Counted from the stretch's first letter, positions 10,024-22,914 are shown. The stretch: DNA of 64,000 nucleotides from an uncultured Gemmatimonadales bacterium (GCA_963798085.1 CAWCRS010000007.1:1408001-1472000), one strand, 5' to 3'. Notes: generated by a model not told the origin, from the letters alone. Translations and numbers: made by a program.

Positions 10024-10052
10024 AAGCTACGCGCGGGTCACGAAGCGGTCAA
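10024..10052 (-). promoter_or_regulatory. Sigma70-type promoter
   Basis: TTGACC-N17-TAGCTT on the minus strand. Confidence 0.55.
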
Positions 10053-10102
10053 GGCTTTCGACTTCTCTTCGGAAAGTGTCGCGTGCATTGCGTGTCGTGC
10101 CG

Positions 10103-11414
10103 CTATCCTGACGAGCGCGTGCCCAGCCTGATCTTCACCGTCTTCGTTTCGCCCGCGCGCAGGAAACGCACGTCCACCGTGTCGCCCGGCTTGTGCGCAC
10201 GCAGCGCATCGGTGAGTCCCTGCAGGTCCAGCACATCGCGTTCACCGAGCGCGACGATGATGTCGCCCGCCTGAAGGCCGGCCGTCTCCGCAGGTGAGCC
10301 GGGACTCACGCCGGAGAGTCGCACACCGCGTTCCACCGGTGTGAAGTCGGGCACGCTGCCCAGATACGCGCCGTAGCCGCGCGGCTGCTCGCCATTCGCG
10401 GGCGGAGGCGTGCCTGCGCCGCGCACCAGCGTGAGCAGCGGACGTCGCTCGGCTACGCCCGTCACCACATTGGCGACGATCGACGCTACCTTGTCGATGC
10501 CCGGGCCGTCGATCTTCTGCCAGTCATCCGATGGCCGATGGTAATCGCCGTGCACATTGGTGAAGAAGTGCAGCACGGGGATGTCGTGGATGTAGAAGGA
10601 CGTGTGATCGCTCGGACCATAGCCTTCGCCGCGGTACGCCACGGTAACGCCGGCCTTCGTGACGGCCGGCTCGAGCAGGCTGCGCCACTCCTTTGCCGTC
10701 TCGACGCCGTACACGATCAGCGTGCCCGTCGCCAGCCGGCCCACCATGTCCATGTTGATCATGCCGACCATGGTGTCGGCGGGCAGCGTCGGATGCGCGG
10801 CGAACCAGCCGGACCCGAGCAGGCCCTCTTCTTCGCCTGTGAAGGCAACGAACAGGATGCCGCGCGCGGGCGCCATGCCCTTGCTCACACGCGCCGCTAC
10901 ATCGAGCAGCGCCGCCGACGCCGGATGCGTTGTCATCCGCGCCGTTGTGAATGCTGTCGCTGCCCGGCGCGAGCGAGCCCGGGCCGCCGCGGCCGAGATG
11001 GTCGTAGTGCGCGCCGATCACGACCAGCTCGCGGCGCAGCACAGGATCGGATCCGGGCAGCAGAGCGACGACGTTCCGACCGGTGCCGTGCAGATGCGGA
11101 TTCAGTGAACTGGCCAGCGTGAACGACTGGAACCAGGTGCCGGCGTCGCCCGCAGGCTGCAGGCCCAGCGCGTGGAATGACGCCGCGATGAAATCGCCGG
11201 CACAACGCTCACCCGCTGTTCCTGCCATGCGGCCTTCGAGCGCATCATCGGCGAGGTAGCGCACGACCGAGAGCGGCGGCGAGAATCCCGCCGTCAGGCG
11301 ATTCGCATCGGGACACGACTGCGCCGCCGCGGCGGGTGCATGGACAGCGGCTGTAAGGAGAACTCCCATGGCCATCAGGGCGATCTGCCCTACAGACCGC
11401 TTCATTATTCGCAT
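10103..11414 (-). CDS. M28 family aminopeptidase with C-terminal PDZ domain (frameshift near 10920)
   Basis: Signal peptide, [37 protein letters not shown] (YLGSVPD); split over two frames. Confidence 0.88.
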
Positions 11415-11477
11415 CTTCTTCTCCTGCTGCATCCTGCAGGACTCGACAGTGGGGACGAACCGCCCTATTCTACCCGC

Positions 11478-12601
11478 ATGAAAGCAATCGCGACAGCCGC
11501 GCTGGCCCTGCTGGCGGCCTGCGGCGCTCCGGACGCCAGGCGGTCGTCGCAGACGCCGCCCGCGTCGCCCGCACCCGATGCCGCGCTCACCGGCGCCACG
11601 CCGTTCACTGCTGATCCGGTGGAACCCCATCTCACCAATCTGCGTCAGCTGACACACGGCGGTGAGAATGCCGAGGCGTATTTCTCGGCGGACGGCAAAC
11701 AGCTGATCTTCCAGCACACGGAACCGCCGGCCACGCCCTGCGACCAGATGTTCGTGATGAACCTGGACGGCACGAACGTGCGCCGCGTTTCCAACGGGCA
11801 GGGCCGCACGACGTGCGGTTATTTCTTCGCGCACGACCAGCGCATTTTCTACGCATCCACGTACGGCAGCGGGCCCGATTGCCCGGCGCCGCCCGACCGC
11901 AGCCGCGGCTACGTGTGGGGTCTCTTCGACTACGACATCTGATTCGGCGAACGTGGACGGCAGCGACATTCAGCGGCTCACGAACACGCCGGGCTACGAT
12001 GCGGAAGGCACGCTCTCGCCCGATGGCAGAACCATCGTGTTCACATCCGTGCGCGATGGCGACCTCGACATTTACACGATGAACATTGATGGCAGCAATG
12101 TGCGCCGGCTCACGAGCGAGCCGGGCTACGATGGCGGGCCGTTCTTCTCGCCCGATGGCACGAAGATCGTGTACCGCGCGCACCACCCGACGGACTCGAC
12201 GGAGCTGGCCGACTATCGCGCGCTGCTGAAGGCCGGGCTGGTGCGCCCGGGCAAGCTCGCGCATCTGCATCATGGACGTGGACGGTGGCAACAAACACGA
12301 AGTTACGGACGAGGTCGGCGCCGACTTCGCACCCTATTTCCATCCCGATGGCAAGCGCATCATCTTCGCCTCGAACCGCCGTGATCCGCAGGGACGCAAC
12401 TTCGATCTGTACATGGTGAACGTGGATGGAACCGGGCTGGAGCAGCTCACGGTGTCTCCCGAGTTCGACGGCTTCCCCATGTTCAGCCCGGACGGGAAGC
12501 AGCTCGTATTCGCATCGAATCGGGGCGGGTCGAAACCGGGAGAGACGAACATCTTCCTGGCGGACTGGATCGACAAGCCGCCCTCCGTGCAGTCCCGTTG
12601 A
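11478..12601 (+). CDS. TolB-like PD40 beta-propeller lipoprotein (frameshifts near 11940 and 12260)
   Basis: Lipobox LAAC; repeated FSPDG-type units across three frames. Confidence 0.85.
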
Positions 12602-12686
12602 GGAGAATCGGTCGCGGCAGGTGCGAGGCGCACCGGCGGTGACCCGCGCGCACGTTCGCGCCTGAACCAGGGAATGTGGAGGCATC

Positions 12687-13835
12687 ATGCAGGTGGGCGT
12701 CCCGAAAGAAACCCAGCCGGATGAACACCGTGTCGCGCTGGTGCCGGAGAGCGTCGGCAAACTGAACAAGGCCGGTCTGGCCATCGCGGTGCAGGCGGGC
12801 GCCGGTCTGAGCGCGGGCTTCGAGGACAAGGCATACACGCAGGCGGGCGCCACACTGTTGCCGGACGCCGCCAGCCTGCTGGGCGGATCGGATCTCGTGC
12901 TCAAGGTGCGCCCGCCCCGCTACGAAGGCGCGGACTCGGAAGTGGCGCGCATGCGGGCGGGCGGCGTGCTGATCGGTTTCCTCGATCCGCTCACCTCGCC
13001 GGCCCTGCTGCGCGCCCTTGCCGAACACAACATTACAGCGTTCGCCATGGAACTGATTCCACGCATCACGCGCGCGCAGAGCATGGACGCGCTGTCGTCG
13101 CAGGCCACCGCCGCCGGCTACAAGGCCGTGCTGCTCGCCGCCGACGCCAGCAGCAAGTTCTTTCCCATGCTCATGACCGCGGCCGGCACCATCCCGCCGG
13201 CGCGCGTGCTCGATGCTGGGCGCGGGCGTCGCCGGGCTGCAGGCGATCGCCACGGCGCGCCGGCTGGGCGCCGTCGTGGAAGGCTACGATGTACGGCCCG
13301 AAGTGAAGGAGCAGGTGGAGAGCCTGGGCGCGCGCTGGGTGGGGCTGGCCATGGAAGAGGCGGTGGGCGCGGGCGGCTACGCGAAGGAAGTCTCGGCGGA
13401 TGCACAGCGCAAGGCGCTCGAGCACCTGCACAAGCACGTCACCGATGCCGACGTCGTGATCACCACCGCCGCGATTCCGGGACGGCGCTGCGCCCATCCT
13501 CATCACGGATGAGATGGTCGCGGGCATGCGCCCCGGCTCCGTCATCGTGGACCTGGCGGCGGAAGGCGGCGGCAACAGCACGAAGACCGTGGCCGGCAGG
13601 ACCGTCGACGTCGGCGGCGTGCTCGATCATCGGCACGCTCAACCTGGCCAGCACGGTGGCGCAGCACGCCAGTCAGATGTACTCGCGCAACCTCACTACA
13701 CTGGTGCAGCACCTGGTGCAGGACGGATCGATAACGCTGAACCTGGAGGACGAGATCACCAGCGGCTCCCTCGTGACCCACGGCGGCGAAATCGTCAATG
13801 CGCGGGTGCGCGCACTGGCGACGGCCGCAACCTGA
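12687..13835 (+). CDS. pntA: NAD(P) transhydrogenase alpha subunit part 1 (internal frameshifts near 13211, 13487, 13624)
   Basis: RVALVP, RITRAQSMDALSSQ, GAGVAGLQAI, DLAAEGGGN, ASQMYSRN. Confidence 0.93.
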   Translation: MQVGVPKETQPDEHRVALVPESVGKLNKAGLAIAVQAGAGLSAGFEDKAYTQAGATLLPDAASLLGGSDLVLKVRPPRYEGADSEVARMRAGGVLIGFLDPLTSPALLRALAEHNITAFAMELIPRITRAQSMDALSSQATAAGYKAVLLAADASSKFFPMLMTAAGTIPPARVLDAGRGRRRAAGDRHGAPAGRRRGRLRCTARSEGAGGEPGRALGGAGHGRGGGRGRLREGSLGGCTAQGARAPAQARHRCRRRDHHRRDSGTALRPSSSRMRWSRACAPAPSSWTWRRKAAATARRPWPAGPSTSAACSIIGTLNLASTVAQHASQMYSRNLTTLVQHLVQDGSITLNLEDEITSGSLVTHGGEIVNARVRALATAAT

Positions 13836-13866
13836 GTTCACCCGTTCCGCGAGAACTGATCGTCCG

Positions 13867-14160
13867 ATGCAAGGAATCCTGGTTTCACTCTACGTCTTCG
13901 TGCTCGCCATCTTCGAAGGCTTCGAAGTCATCTCGAAGGTGCCGCAGATGCTGCACACGCCACTCATGTCCGGATCCAATGCCATTTCCGGCATCACCGT
14001 GGTCGGCGCCATCGTGGTGGCCGGCCGCGTGGAATCGCCGCTGAGCACGGCGCTCGCCGTCGTTGCCGTGGCCTTCGCCATGATCAATGTGGTGGGCGGC
14101 TTCCTGGTCACCGATCGCATGCTGCAGATGTTCAAGGCCAGGACGGGTCCGGCGAAATGA
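13867..14160 (+). CDS. NAD(P) transhydrogenase alpha subunit part 2 (membrane)
   Basis: LHTPLMSGSNAISG, NVVGGFLVTDRMLQMF. Confidence 0.93.
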   Translation: MQGILVSLYVFVLAIFEGFEVISKVPQMLHTPLMSGSNAISGITVVGAIVVAGRVESPLSTALAVVAVAFAMINVVGGFLVTDRMLQMFKARTGPAK

Positions 14161-15570
14161 ACACACTGACCGGGTTTCTCCCATCCGCCATCGAGCTGGC
14201 ATATCTCACGGCGGCTGTCTTCTTCATCCTGGGGCTCAAACGGCTGGGTTCACCGCGCACGGCCCGCGGCGGCAACATCCTGGGCGCAGTGGGCATGCTC
14301 ATCGCCATTGTGGCGACGCTGCTGCACCACGACATCGTCAGCTTCACGTGGATCGCGGTCGGCATGCTGATCGGAACGGCCATCGGCATATGGCTGGCGA
14401 AGAGCGTGAAGATGACCGCCATGCCGCAGATGGTGGGATTGCTGAACGGCTTCGGCGGCGGCGCATCGCAGCTGGTAGCCGGCGACGAATACCTGCGCTT
14501 CGCTGCCGGCGCGATCCACCCGTCGCTCGATGTGCAGGCCACGATCATGCTGAGCGTGATCATTGGCGCCGTGACCTTTTCCGGTTCCCTCATTGCCTTC
14601 GGCAAGCTGCAGGAGCTGGTGAGCGGCAAGGCCGTGGTGCTGCCGGGGCAGCGCTTCTGGGCGGGCGCCATGTTCGCGGGCATGCTGCTGCTGGCGGGCT
14701 GGCTGGTGTACGCGCCGCCCGACCTGCCGTGGTACGTGGGACTCAACATCGTCGCGCTGGTGCTGGGCATCTTCTTTGTCATGCCCATCGGCGGCGCCGA
14801 CATGCCGGTGGTGATCGCGCTGCTCAATTCCTACTCGGGGCTGGCCGCATCCATGACCGGCTTCGTGCTGGGTAACAACGTGCTGATCATCGCCGGCGCG
14901 CTGGTGGGCGCTTCCGGCATCATTCTCTCCAAGATCATGTGCGATGCCATGAACCGCTCGCTCACGAACGTGCTGTTCGGCGCGTTCGCGCGGCGCAAGG
15001 TCGTGGCCCTGAGCGGCGCCACCGCGGACGGCCGCTCGGTGCGCAGCATCGGTGCGCAGGATGCCGCGGTGCTGCTGGGCTACGCCCGCTCGGTGATCAT
15101 CGTGCCCGGCTACGGCCTCGCGGTTTCGCAGGCGCAGCACCAGGTGCGTGAACTGGCCGAGCTGCTCGAGGCGAGGGGCGTCGACGTGAAGTACGCGATC
15201 CACCCGGTGGCCGGCCGCATGCCCGGCCACATGAACGTGCTGCTGGCCGAGGCCAATGTGCCCTACCCGCAGCTCTACGAGAATGGAGGCCATCAATCAG
15301 GACTTCGAGCACACCGATGTCGCGGTGGTGATCGGCGCCAACGACGTGGTCAATCCGGCCGCCCGCCACGACAAGGACAGCCCCATTTACGGCATGCCGA
15401 TTCTGGATGTGGACAAGGCGGCGGCGGTCATTGTCCTGAAGCGCGGCATGAATCCGGGGTTCGCGGGCATCGAGAACGAGCTGTTCTACAACGACTCGAC
15501 GCGCATGCTGTTCGGTGATGCACGCAAGTCGCTGCTCGCCGTGATCCACGAGCTGAAGACAGGCATCTAG
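14157..15570 (+). CDS. pntB: NAD(P) transhydrogenase beta subunit (frameshift near 15281)
   Basis: IGGADMPVVI, HPVAGRMPGHMNVLLAEA, GANDVVNPAA. Confidence 0.94.
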
Positions 15571-15643
15571 GCTTGAATGCTAACGCGGTGTTCAGCGGCT
15601 CGCGGCGCCGCGCCGGATCCCGTGCAGCCCGGGCCGGCGGGGC

Positions 15644-16339
15644 GTGACTGCGCCCGCGCTCGAGCTGAGCGGCGTGGCCCGTCGCTTCGGCCGCCGTTGG
15701 GCATTGCGTGGCGTAGACCTGGTCTCACCGCCCGGCGTGGTCATTGCCCTGACCGGCCGCAACGGCAGCGGCAAGACCACGCTGCTCCGCATCTGCGCGA
15801 CGCTGCTGCGCCCCACGCGCGGCACGGGCACCCTGTTCGGGCAGGACCTGGTGCGGGGCGCCGCCCGCCTGCGCGGCCACGTCGGTTTCCTGGCCCACGA
15901 GACCGGACTCTACGGCAATCTCACCGCGGAGGAGAACCTGGTGTTCTCCCTGCGCATGAGCGGCATGCACGCGGACCACGCGCAGATCACGCGCGTGCTG
16001 GAGGAGGTGGGTCTGCTGCGCGAGCGCCACGAGCGTGCGCGTGGATTCTCATCCGGCATGCGCCGGCGCCTGGCGCTGGCTCGCCTGCTGTTGCGGCCGC
16101 CCGCGCTGCTGCTGCTGGACGAGCCCTACGCCAGCTTCGACGTCGAGGGTGTCGAGCAGGTGAACCGTTTCGCGGCGCGCATTGGCGCCGGCGGCGGCAT
16201 CGTGCTGGTCGCCACCCACGATCTGCGGCGTGCGGAGCCGATTGTGCAGCGCGAGGTGCACCTCGAGAACGGCCGCGTGGCGGCGCCCGCAACTGCGGAG
16301 AACGCCCCCGTCGAGGCCATGGCGGGGGAATCGTCATGA
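15644..16339 (+). CDS. ccmA: Heme ABC exporter ATP-binding protein
   Basis: GRNGSGKT, FSSGM, LLLDEP; first gene of ccm cluster. Confidence 0.9.
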   Translation: MTAPALELSGVARRFGRRWALRGVDLVSPPGVVIALTGRNGSGKTTLLRICATLLRPTRGTGTLFGQDLVRGAARLRGHVGFLAHETGLYGNLTAEENLVFSLRMSGMHADHAQITRVLEEVGLLRERHERARGFSSGMRRRLALARLLLRPPALLLLDEPYASFDVEGVEQVNRFAARIGAGGGIVLVATHDLRRAEPIVQREVHLENGRVAAPATAENAPVEAMAGESS

Positions 16340-17082
16340 GCCCGGAGAGCGCCGCGATCGCCGCCTCATGGCCGGCAACGGTCGGAGCCGAACCGGCCGG
16401 CCTGCGGTACGAGACCGGGCGGGTGGCCGCGATCCTGTGGAAGGACATCACCGTCGAGTGGCGGGCCCGCGCCAATTTCAACGCCATCGCGTTCCTGGCC
16501 GGGCTCATCCTGCTGCTGTTCGGCTTTGCGCTGGGTCCTGATGCGGACGCGCTGCGCGCCGCGGCGGCGGGCGCCATCTGGCTGACCGTCCTGTTCAGCG
16601 GCGTGCTGTCCTTCAATCGCGCGTACGAGCAGGAACTGGAAAATGGCGCGCTCGATACACTACTGCTCTATCCGGGCGACCGTCGCTCGCTCTTCCTCGG
16701 GAAGCTGCTCGCGAATCTGATCTTCGTGCTGCTGGTGGAAGTGATCATGGTACCGGCCGCCGGCATTCTGTACGACCTGCCACTCTGGGGTGTCGTGCTG
16801 CCGCTCGCGGTCATCGTGACGCTGGGCACGGTGGGGTTCGTCACGCTGGGTACGTTCTACTCCGCGATGGCCAGCCGCATCCGTGCGCGCGAGGTGATGC
16901 TGCCCCTGCTGCTCTTCCCCATGCTGGTCCCGCTCCTGGTGGGCGCCGTCGAGGCCACGCGTGACGCACTCAACGGCAACATCATGGGTAACATGGGCGG
17001 CTGGATCAAACTGCTGGTAGTTTTCGACGTTATCTTCCTGCTGGCCGCGCTGCTGGCGTTTCAGCACGTGATCGAGGAGTGA
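16336..17082 (+). CDS. ccmB: Heme exporter permease
   Basis: WKD..E.R, E.ENGALD, LLPLLLFP; hydrophobic. Confidence 0.9.
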   Translation: MSPESAAIAASWPATVGAEPAGLRYETGRVAAILWKDITVEWRARANFNAIAFLAGLILLLFGFALGPDADALRAAAAGAIWLTVLFSGVLSFNRAYEQELENGALDTLLLYPGDRRSLFLGKLLANLIFVLLVEVIMVPAAGILYDLPLWGVVLPLAVIVTLGTVGFVTLGTFYSAMASRIRAREVMLPLLLFPMLVPLLVGAVEATRDALNGNIMGNMGGWIKLLVVFDVIFLLAALLAFQHVIEE

Positions 17083-17858
17083 GAATGCAGACTGAAACAG
17101 CGGTAACGGTGGGCCAGATCATCGTGGGGCTGGGCCTGCTCGTTGCCCTCTTCGGCCTGTGGGTGGTGCGCCAGCCGGGACGCATCAGGGCATGGGGCTG
17201 GTTCGCCTTCCTGTTCCTGATCGCTTCCGAAGGCGTGAGCTTCCTCATCTCGCCGCCCGACCGCGACATGGGCAACCTCGAGAAGATCCTCTACGTGCAC
17301 GTGCCCGCCGCGTGGAGCTTCATGATCGCGTTCCTCGTGGTCTTCATCTACAGCGTGATGTATTTCTGGAAGGGCGATGAGCGCCACGATGCCCTGGCCG
17401 CTGCTGCCGCCGAAGCCGGCACCGTGTTCACGGCGCTGCTGCTGCCGCTGGGCATGATCTGGGCGCGGCCCACCTGGGGCATCTGGTGGACCTGGGACCC
17501 CCGCCTCACCACCACGGCCATCACACTGCTGATCTACGTGGGCTATTTCGCGCTGCGCTCGTTCACTGATGACGATGAACGGCGCGCCCGCTGGAGCGCG
17601 GCCGTGGGCATCCTCGGCTTCATCAATGTGGGCATCGTGTACATGTCGGTGAAGTGGTGGCGCACATTGCACCAGATGCAGTCCACGCCGGACACGGTGG
17701 CGCCGCAGTACGTGGTGGGGCTGCGGCTCAACGCCTGGGCGTTCATCTATCTGCTGACATACTTCGTGGCCCGGCGCTACAACATTGCGCGCACCGAGCG
17801 TGCAGCCGAGGCCAGAATGGAAGAGCGGGCGCTCGCGGGAGATGTGGCACATGTCTGA
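17079..17858 (+). CDS. ccmC: Heme exporter protein C
   Basis: YVHVPAAW, WARPTWGIWWTWDPRLT, TLHQ. Confidence 0.95.
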   Translation: MRMQTETAVTVGQIIVGLGLLVALFGLWVVRQPGRIRAWGWFAFLFLIASEGVSFLISPPDRDMGNLEKILYVHVPAAWSFMIAFLVVFIYSVMYFWKGDERHDALAAAAAEAGTVFTALLLPLGMIWARPTWGIWWTWDPRLTTTAITLLIYVGYFALRSFTDDDERRARWSAAVGILGFINVGIVYMSVKWWRTLHQMQSTPDTVAPQYVVGLRLNAWAFIYLLTYFVARRYNIARTERAAEARMEERALAGDVAHV

Positions 17859-17997
17859 GGAGTGGCGATACATCGGCGCAGCATACATCCTGACCTGGAC
17901 CGTTCTGTCGGTGTACACGCTGTACCTGCACCGGCGGGCGAGACGGGCGCAGCAGGAACTCGAAGCGGCAACAGCACGCAGCGGAGGCGCAGCATGA
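17851..17997 (+). CDS. ccmD: Heme exporter protein D
   Basis: 48-aa single-TM ORF (YIGAAY) overlapping ccmC and ccmE. Confidence 0.75.
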   Translation: MSEEWRYIGAAYILTWTVLSVYTLYLHRRARRAQQELEAATARSGGAA

Positions 17998-18449
17998 TCA
18001 AGCTCAGGAACACCCGCGTGGGTGTGGTGATCGCGGTCGTGGTCATACTGCTGGGATTCGGGTACCTGATGTCGGGCGGCATCAGCAACAACCTGGTCTA
18101 CTTCTTCACGCCCGGTGAGCTGCTGGCCAAGGGCTCGAGCGCGTACGACAAGCCGGTGCGGCTGGGTGGACTGGTTGCGCCTAACAGCGTACACTGGGAT
18201 GCACAGGCGCTCGATCTGCGCTTCACAGTGCAGGACGAGGACGGCAAGACCATCGCGGTGCACGCGCCCAAGGCGCCGCCGCAGATGTTCCGCGAGGGCA
18301 TTGGCGTGGTGGTGGAAGGGCGCATGACCCCGGCCGGCGTCTTCGAGTCGACCGGCCTGATGGTCAAGCACTCGAACGAGTACCGCCCCCCCACGCACGG
18401 CGAGAATCCTGAGAAGCTCTACAAGACACTGGTGCGTGACGGCAGCTGA
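17994..18449 (+). CDS. ccmE: Heme chaperone
   Basis: YFFTP, RLGGLV, FREG, KHSNEY. Confidence 0.95.
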   Translation: MIKLRNTRVGVVIAVVVILLGFGYLMSGGISNNLVYFFTPGELLAKGSSAYDKPVRLGGLVAPNSVHWDAQALDLRFTVQDEDGKTIAVHAPKAPPQMFREGIGVVVEGRMTPAGVFESTGLMVKHSNEYRPPTHGENPEKLYKTLVRDGS

Positions 18450-18467
18450 ACCCGGGAGGCAGTAGTC

Positions 18468-20455
<1,988 letters not shown>

Positions 20456-20459
<4 letters not shown>

Positions 20460-20995
20460 ACTGGCGACGCTCCTCCATCGGCCTGGCCATTGCGCTGCCC
20501 ATCGTGCTGCTCCTGGCCTACGGACTGAAGCGCGATCCGACCACCATCGTTTCGCCGCTGCCCGGCAAGCCCGCGCCCACGTTCGCGCTCAAACCCATGG
20601 ACGCCGACACCACCATTTCGCTGAGTGGTCTGCACGGTCGTGTGGTCGTGGTCAACTTCTGGGCGTCGTGGTGCATCCCCTGCCGCGACGAGCATCCCCA
20701 GCTGATGGCCGCCAACCAGCGCTGGGCGAAGGAGGGTGTGCAGTTCATTGGCGTGCTCTACAACGACACACGGGACAACGCGAAGCAGTGGCTGGACGGG
20801 TTCGGCGGCGCGGAGTGGCCCACACTGCTGGATCCGGGCGGCCGCACTGCGATCGACTACGGCGTCTACGGCGTGCCCGAGACGTTCGTGATTGACCAGA
20901 ATGGCGTCGTCGTGCACAAGCAGCTCAGCGTCATGACGGTCGATGTCATGCAGCAGGTGCTCGAGCCGCTGCTCGCAAAGAGCGCCGATCAGTAA
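20456..20995 (+). CDS. ccmG: Thiol:disulfide interchange protein
   Basis: NFWASWCIPC, GVPETF. Confidence 0.9.
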
Positions 20996-21501
20996 TGCGG
21001 GCTGCCGCGCTGCTCCTCACACTGGTGCAGGCGACGACGCCCGTCGCGTCGCCGGCGCCGTCCCCGGGCGGTGCCGCCAGTACGCCGCAGGTGGTGGGAG
21101 AAACGCGTGTCGACAGTCTGACCAAACAGATCGCAGCGCAGCTGCGCTGTCCCGTGTGTCAGGGACTCTCTCTGCAGGATTCGCCATCCGAGCTGGCGCA
21201 GGAGATGCGCAATGTGATCCGCGAGAAGGTGACAGCCGGCGAGTCGCCGCGGCAGATCAAGGCCTACTTCGTTTCCAAGTACGGCGAATTCATTCTGCTC
21301 GCACCCGAAGCCCGCGGCTTCAACCTCGCCGTGTACCTGCTGCCCATTGTTTCCGTCCTGATCGGCGCCGGCGTCATCACCTTCGCCGTGCGGCGCTGGA
21401 TGGCCAGCACGCCGCCAGGCGGGCCAGTGCCTGGAAACAAGTCGGAAGTCGAGCCGGAATTCGAACCCTGGGAAGACACGGCCGGCGAGCGCAGGGACTG
21501 A
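20995..21501 (+). CDS. ccmH: Cytochrome c biogenesis protein (N-terminal CcmH domain only)
   Basis: LRCPVCQ, YGEFIL. Confidence 0.92.
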   Translation: MRAAALLLTLVQATTPVASPAPSPGGAASTPQVVGETRVDSLTKQIAAQLRCPVCQGLSLQDSPSELAQEMRNVIREKVTAGESPRQIKAYFVSKYGEFILLAPEARGFNLAVYLLPIVSVLIGAGVITFAVRRWMASTPPGGPVPGNKSEVEPEFEPWEDTAGERRD

Positions 21502-21525
21502 CGCCGTGTTTGCCGCGCCGCCCGC

Positions 21526-22449
21526 TCAGTCGCCGGGGTCCGCGCCCTGGATGGGATCGCGTGCCCGGCCCAGCAGTCGCTGCGTGCGCAGGCTGATCTG
21601 CTGGCCCATCCACACGAATGGCAGCATCTGCTGCTTGATGAAGCTGGTGGGAATCTCTTCCGTGATGCCGTACGCCGTCGGCTGATCCTTGGGATCGTAG
21701 TAGAAGGTGCCGAACACCAGATCCCAGAGCATGAAGGTGTTGCCGAAGTTCGTGTCGTAGTGGCGAGGATCGATCGAGTGGTGCACGCGATGCGCCTGCG
21801 GCGTCGAGATCAGGTACGCCAGCCGACCCATGTCCACGCGAATGTTCGAGTGCCCCAGCACATCGATGACCTTGAAGATGATGCCGAACGGCGCGACCAG
21901 ATCCGTGCCCAGCGCCAGCGTCGCGATCACGTGACTCGGCGTTTGCAGCAGCGTCTCCAGCAGGTGTTTGTGATAGACAGAGCTGTAGTTCAGGTTCTGC
22001 GCCGAGTGGTGAATCTTGTGGATGTGCCATAGCAGCGGGACGCGGTGCATCAGCCGGTGCGCCCAGTAGGCCGTGAACGTTACCACCAGCACCGCGACGA
22101 TCATGTAGACAGGCAACGGCAGCAGACGATCGAGGTGCGCCGACGGCAGCCCCAGGTACAGCCAGCCTTTGCGCAGCGCCGGCGTCACGATGAGCGAGTA
22201 CACCCCCATCTTCCCGGCCAGTGCGAGATAGGTACCGCTCAGCAGGGTGGCCCGATTCCACGGCCGGCGTTCCTGCGGGATGACCAGCTCGAGTATGCCC
22301 AGACCCACCAGCACGAACCCATAGCCGTAGCCCGGCACCACCAGCCAGCGGAAAAACTGGAAATCCTTCGGCGGCAGCCAGGCAGGACTGAACACCCAGC
22401 CTACCGCGAGCTCGAACGCCCGGAAGACTGAATGGATCAGGTCCGCCAT
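21526..22449 (-). CDS. Sterol desaturase/fatty acid hydroxylase family protein
   Basis: His boxes HRLMH, HKIHH, HSN, HRVHH; NFG..WD..FGT. Confidence 0.9.
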   Translation of the reverse strand: MADLIHSVFRAFELAVGWVFSPAWLPPKDFQFFRWLVVPGYGYGFVLVGLGILELVIPQERRPWNRATLLSGTYLALAGKMGVYSLIVTPALRKGWLYLGLPSAHLDRLLPLPVYMIVAVLVVTFTAYWAHRLMHRVPLLWHIHKIHHSAQNLNYSSVYHKHLLETLLQTPSHVIATLALGTDLVAPFGIIFKVIDVLGHSNIRVDMGRLAYLISTPQAHRVHHSIDPRHYDTNFGNTFMLWDLVFGTFYYDPKDQPTAYGITEEIPTSFIKQQMLPFVWMGQQISLRTQRLLGRARDPIQGADPGD

Positions 22450-22796
22450 CAGCGGTACTCCAGCGATCGTGTCACGAGAAACGCAGAACCCCCACGGTCA
22501 TACGCAGTATCGGGCGCGGCACTGCAGAGACCGTACCGGCCCGGATTGCGAAGTCCAGGGCGATACACGTGCTGGCTGCCCGGGCAGGTTGCGCGGAAAA
22601 AGTCCCGGCAACTCGCGATGGCCGTGGGTTCATGGGGCTTCATGACCCAACCCCACGGTCGTCCCGCCACCTGGCGGTGCGGCCGGGCGACAGCGCCCGT
22701 CGCGCGGACACAACGTTGAATCGGCCACCGCACCATTCCCGCAGCCATCGTGCGCGTCGTTACCGCAACCAGCAGGCAGCAGCGCCAGCGCCGCCG

Positions 22797-22903
22797 TTAA
22801 TCTGTTCACGCCGTTCCCGAGCCACCAGCCCCAGCCACCAGCCCCAGCACGCAGTCAGAATCCGTCAATTCCCAGCCCGAGCCCGAGCCCCAGCTCCAGA
22901 AAC
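22797..22903. repeat. Intergenic repeat units (CGTTCCCGAGC-(C/A)ACCAGCCC family)
   Basis: Near-identical to units at 29493-29535 (inverted), 29668 and 29729. Confidence 0.7.
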
Positions 22904-22914
22904 GTACTTCCGCG

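Noticed and set aside
12687..15570. Programmed frameshifting or pseudogenisation of pntAB
   Set aside because: No slippery sites, protein conserved on both sides of each break, and the same indel pattern recurs across the window.
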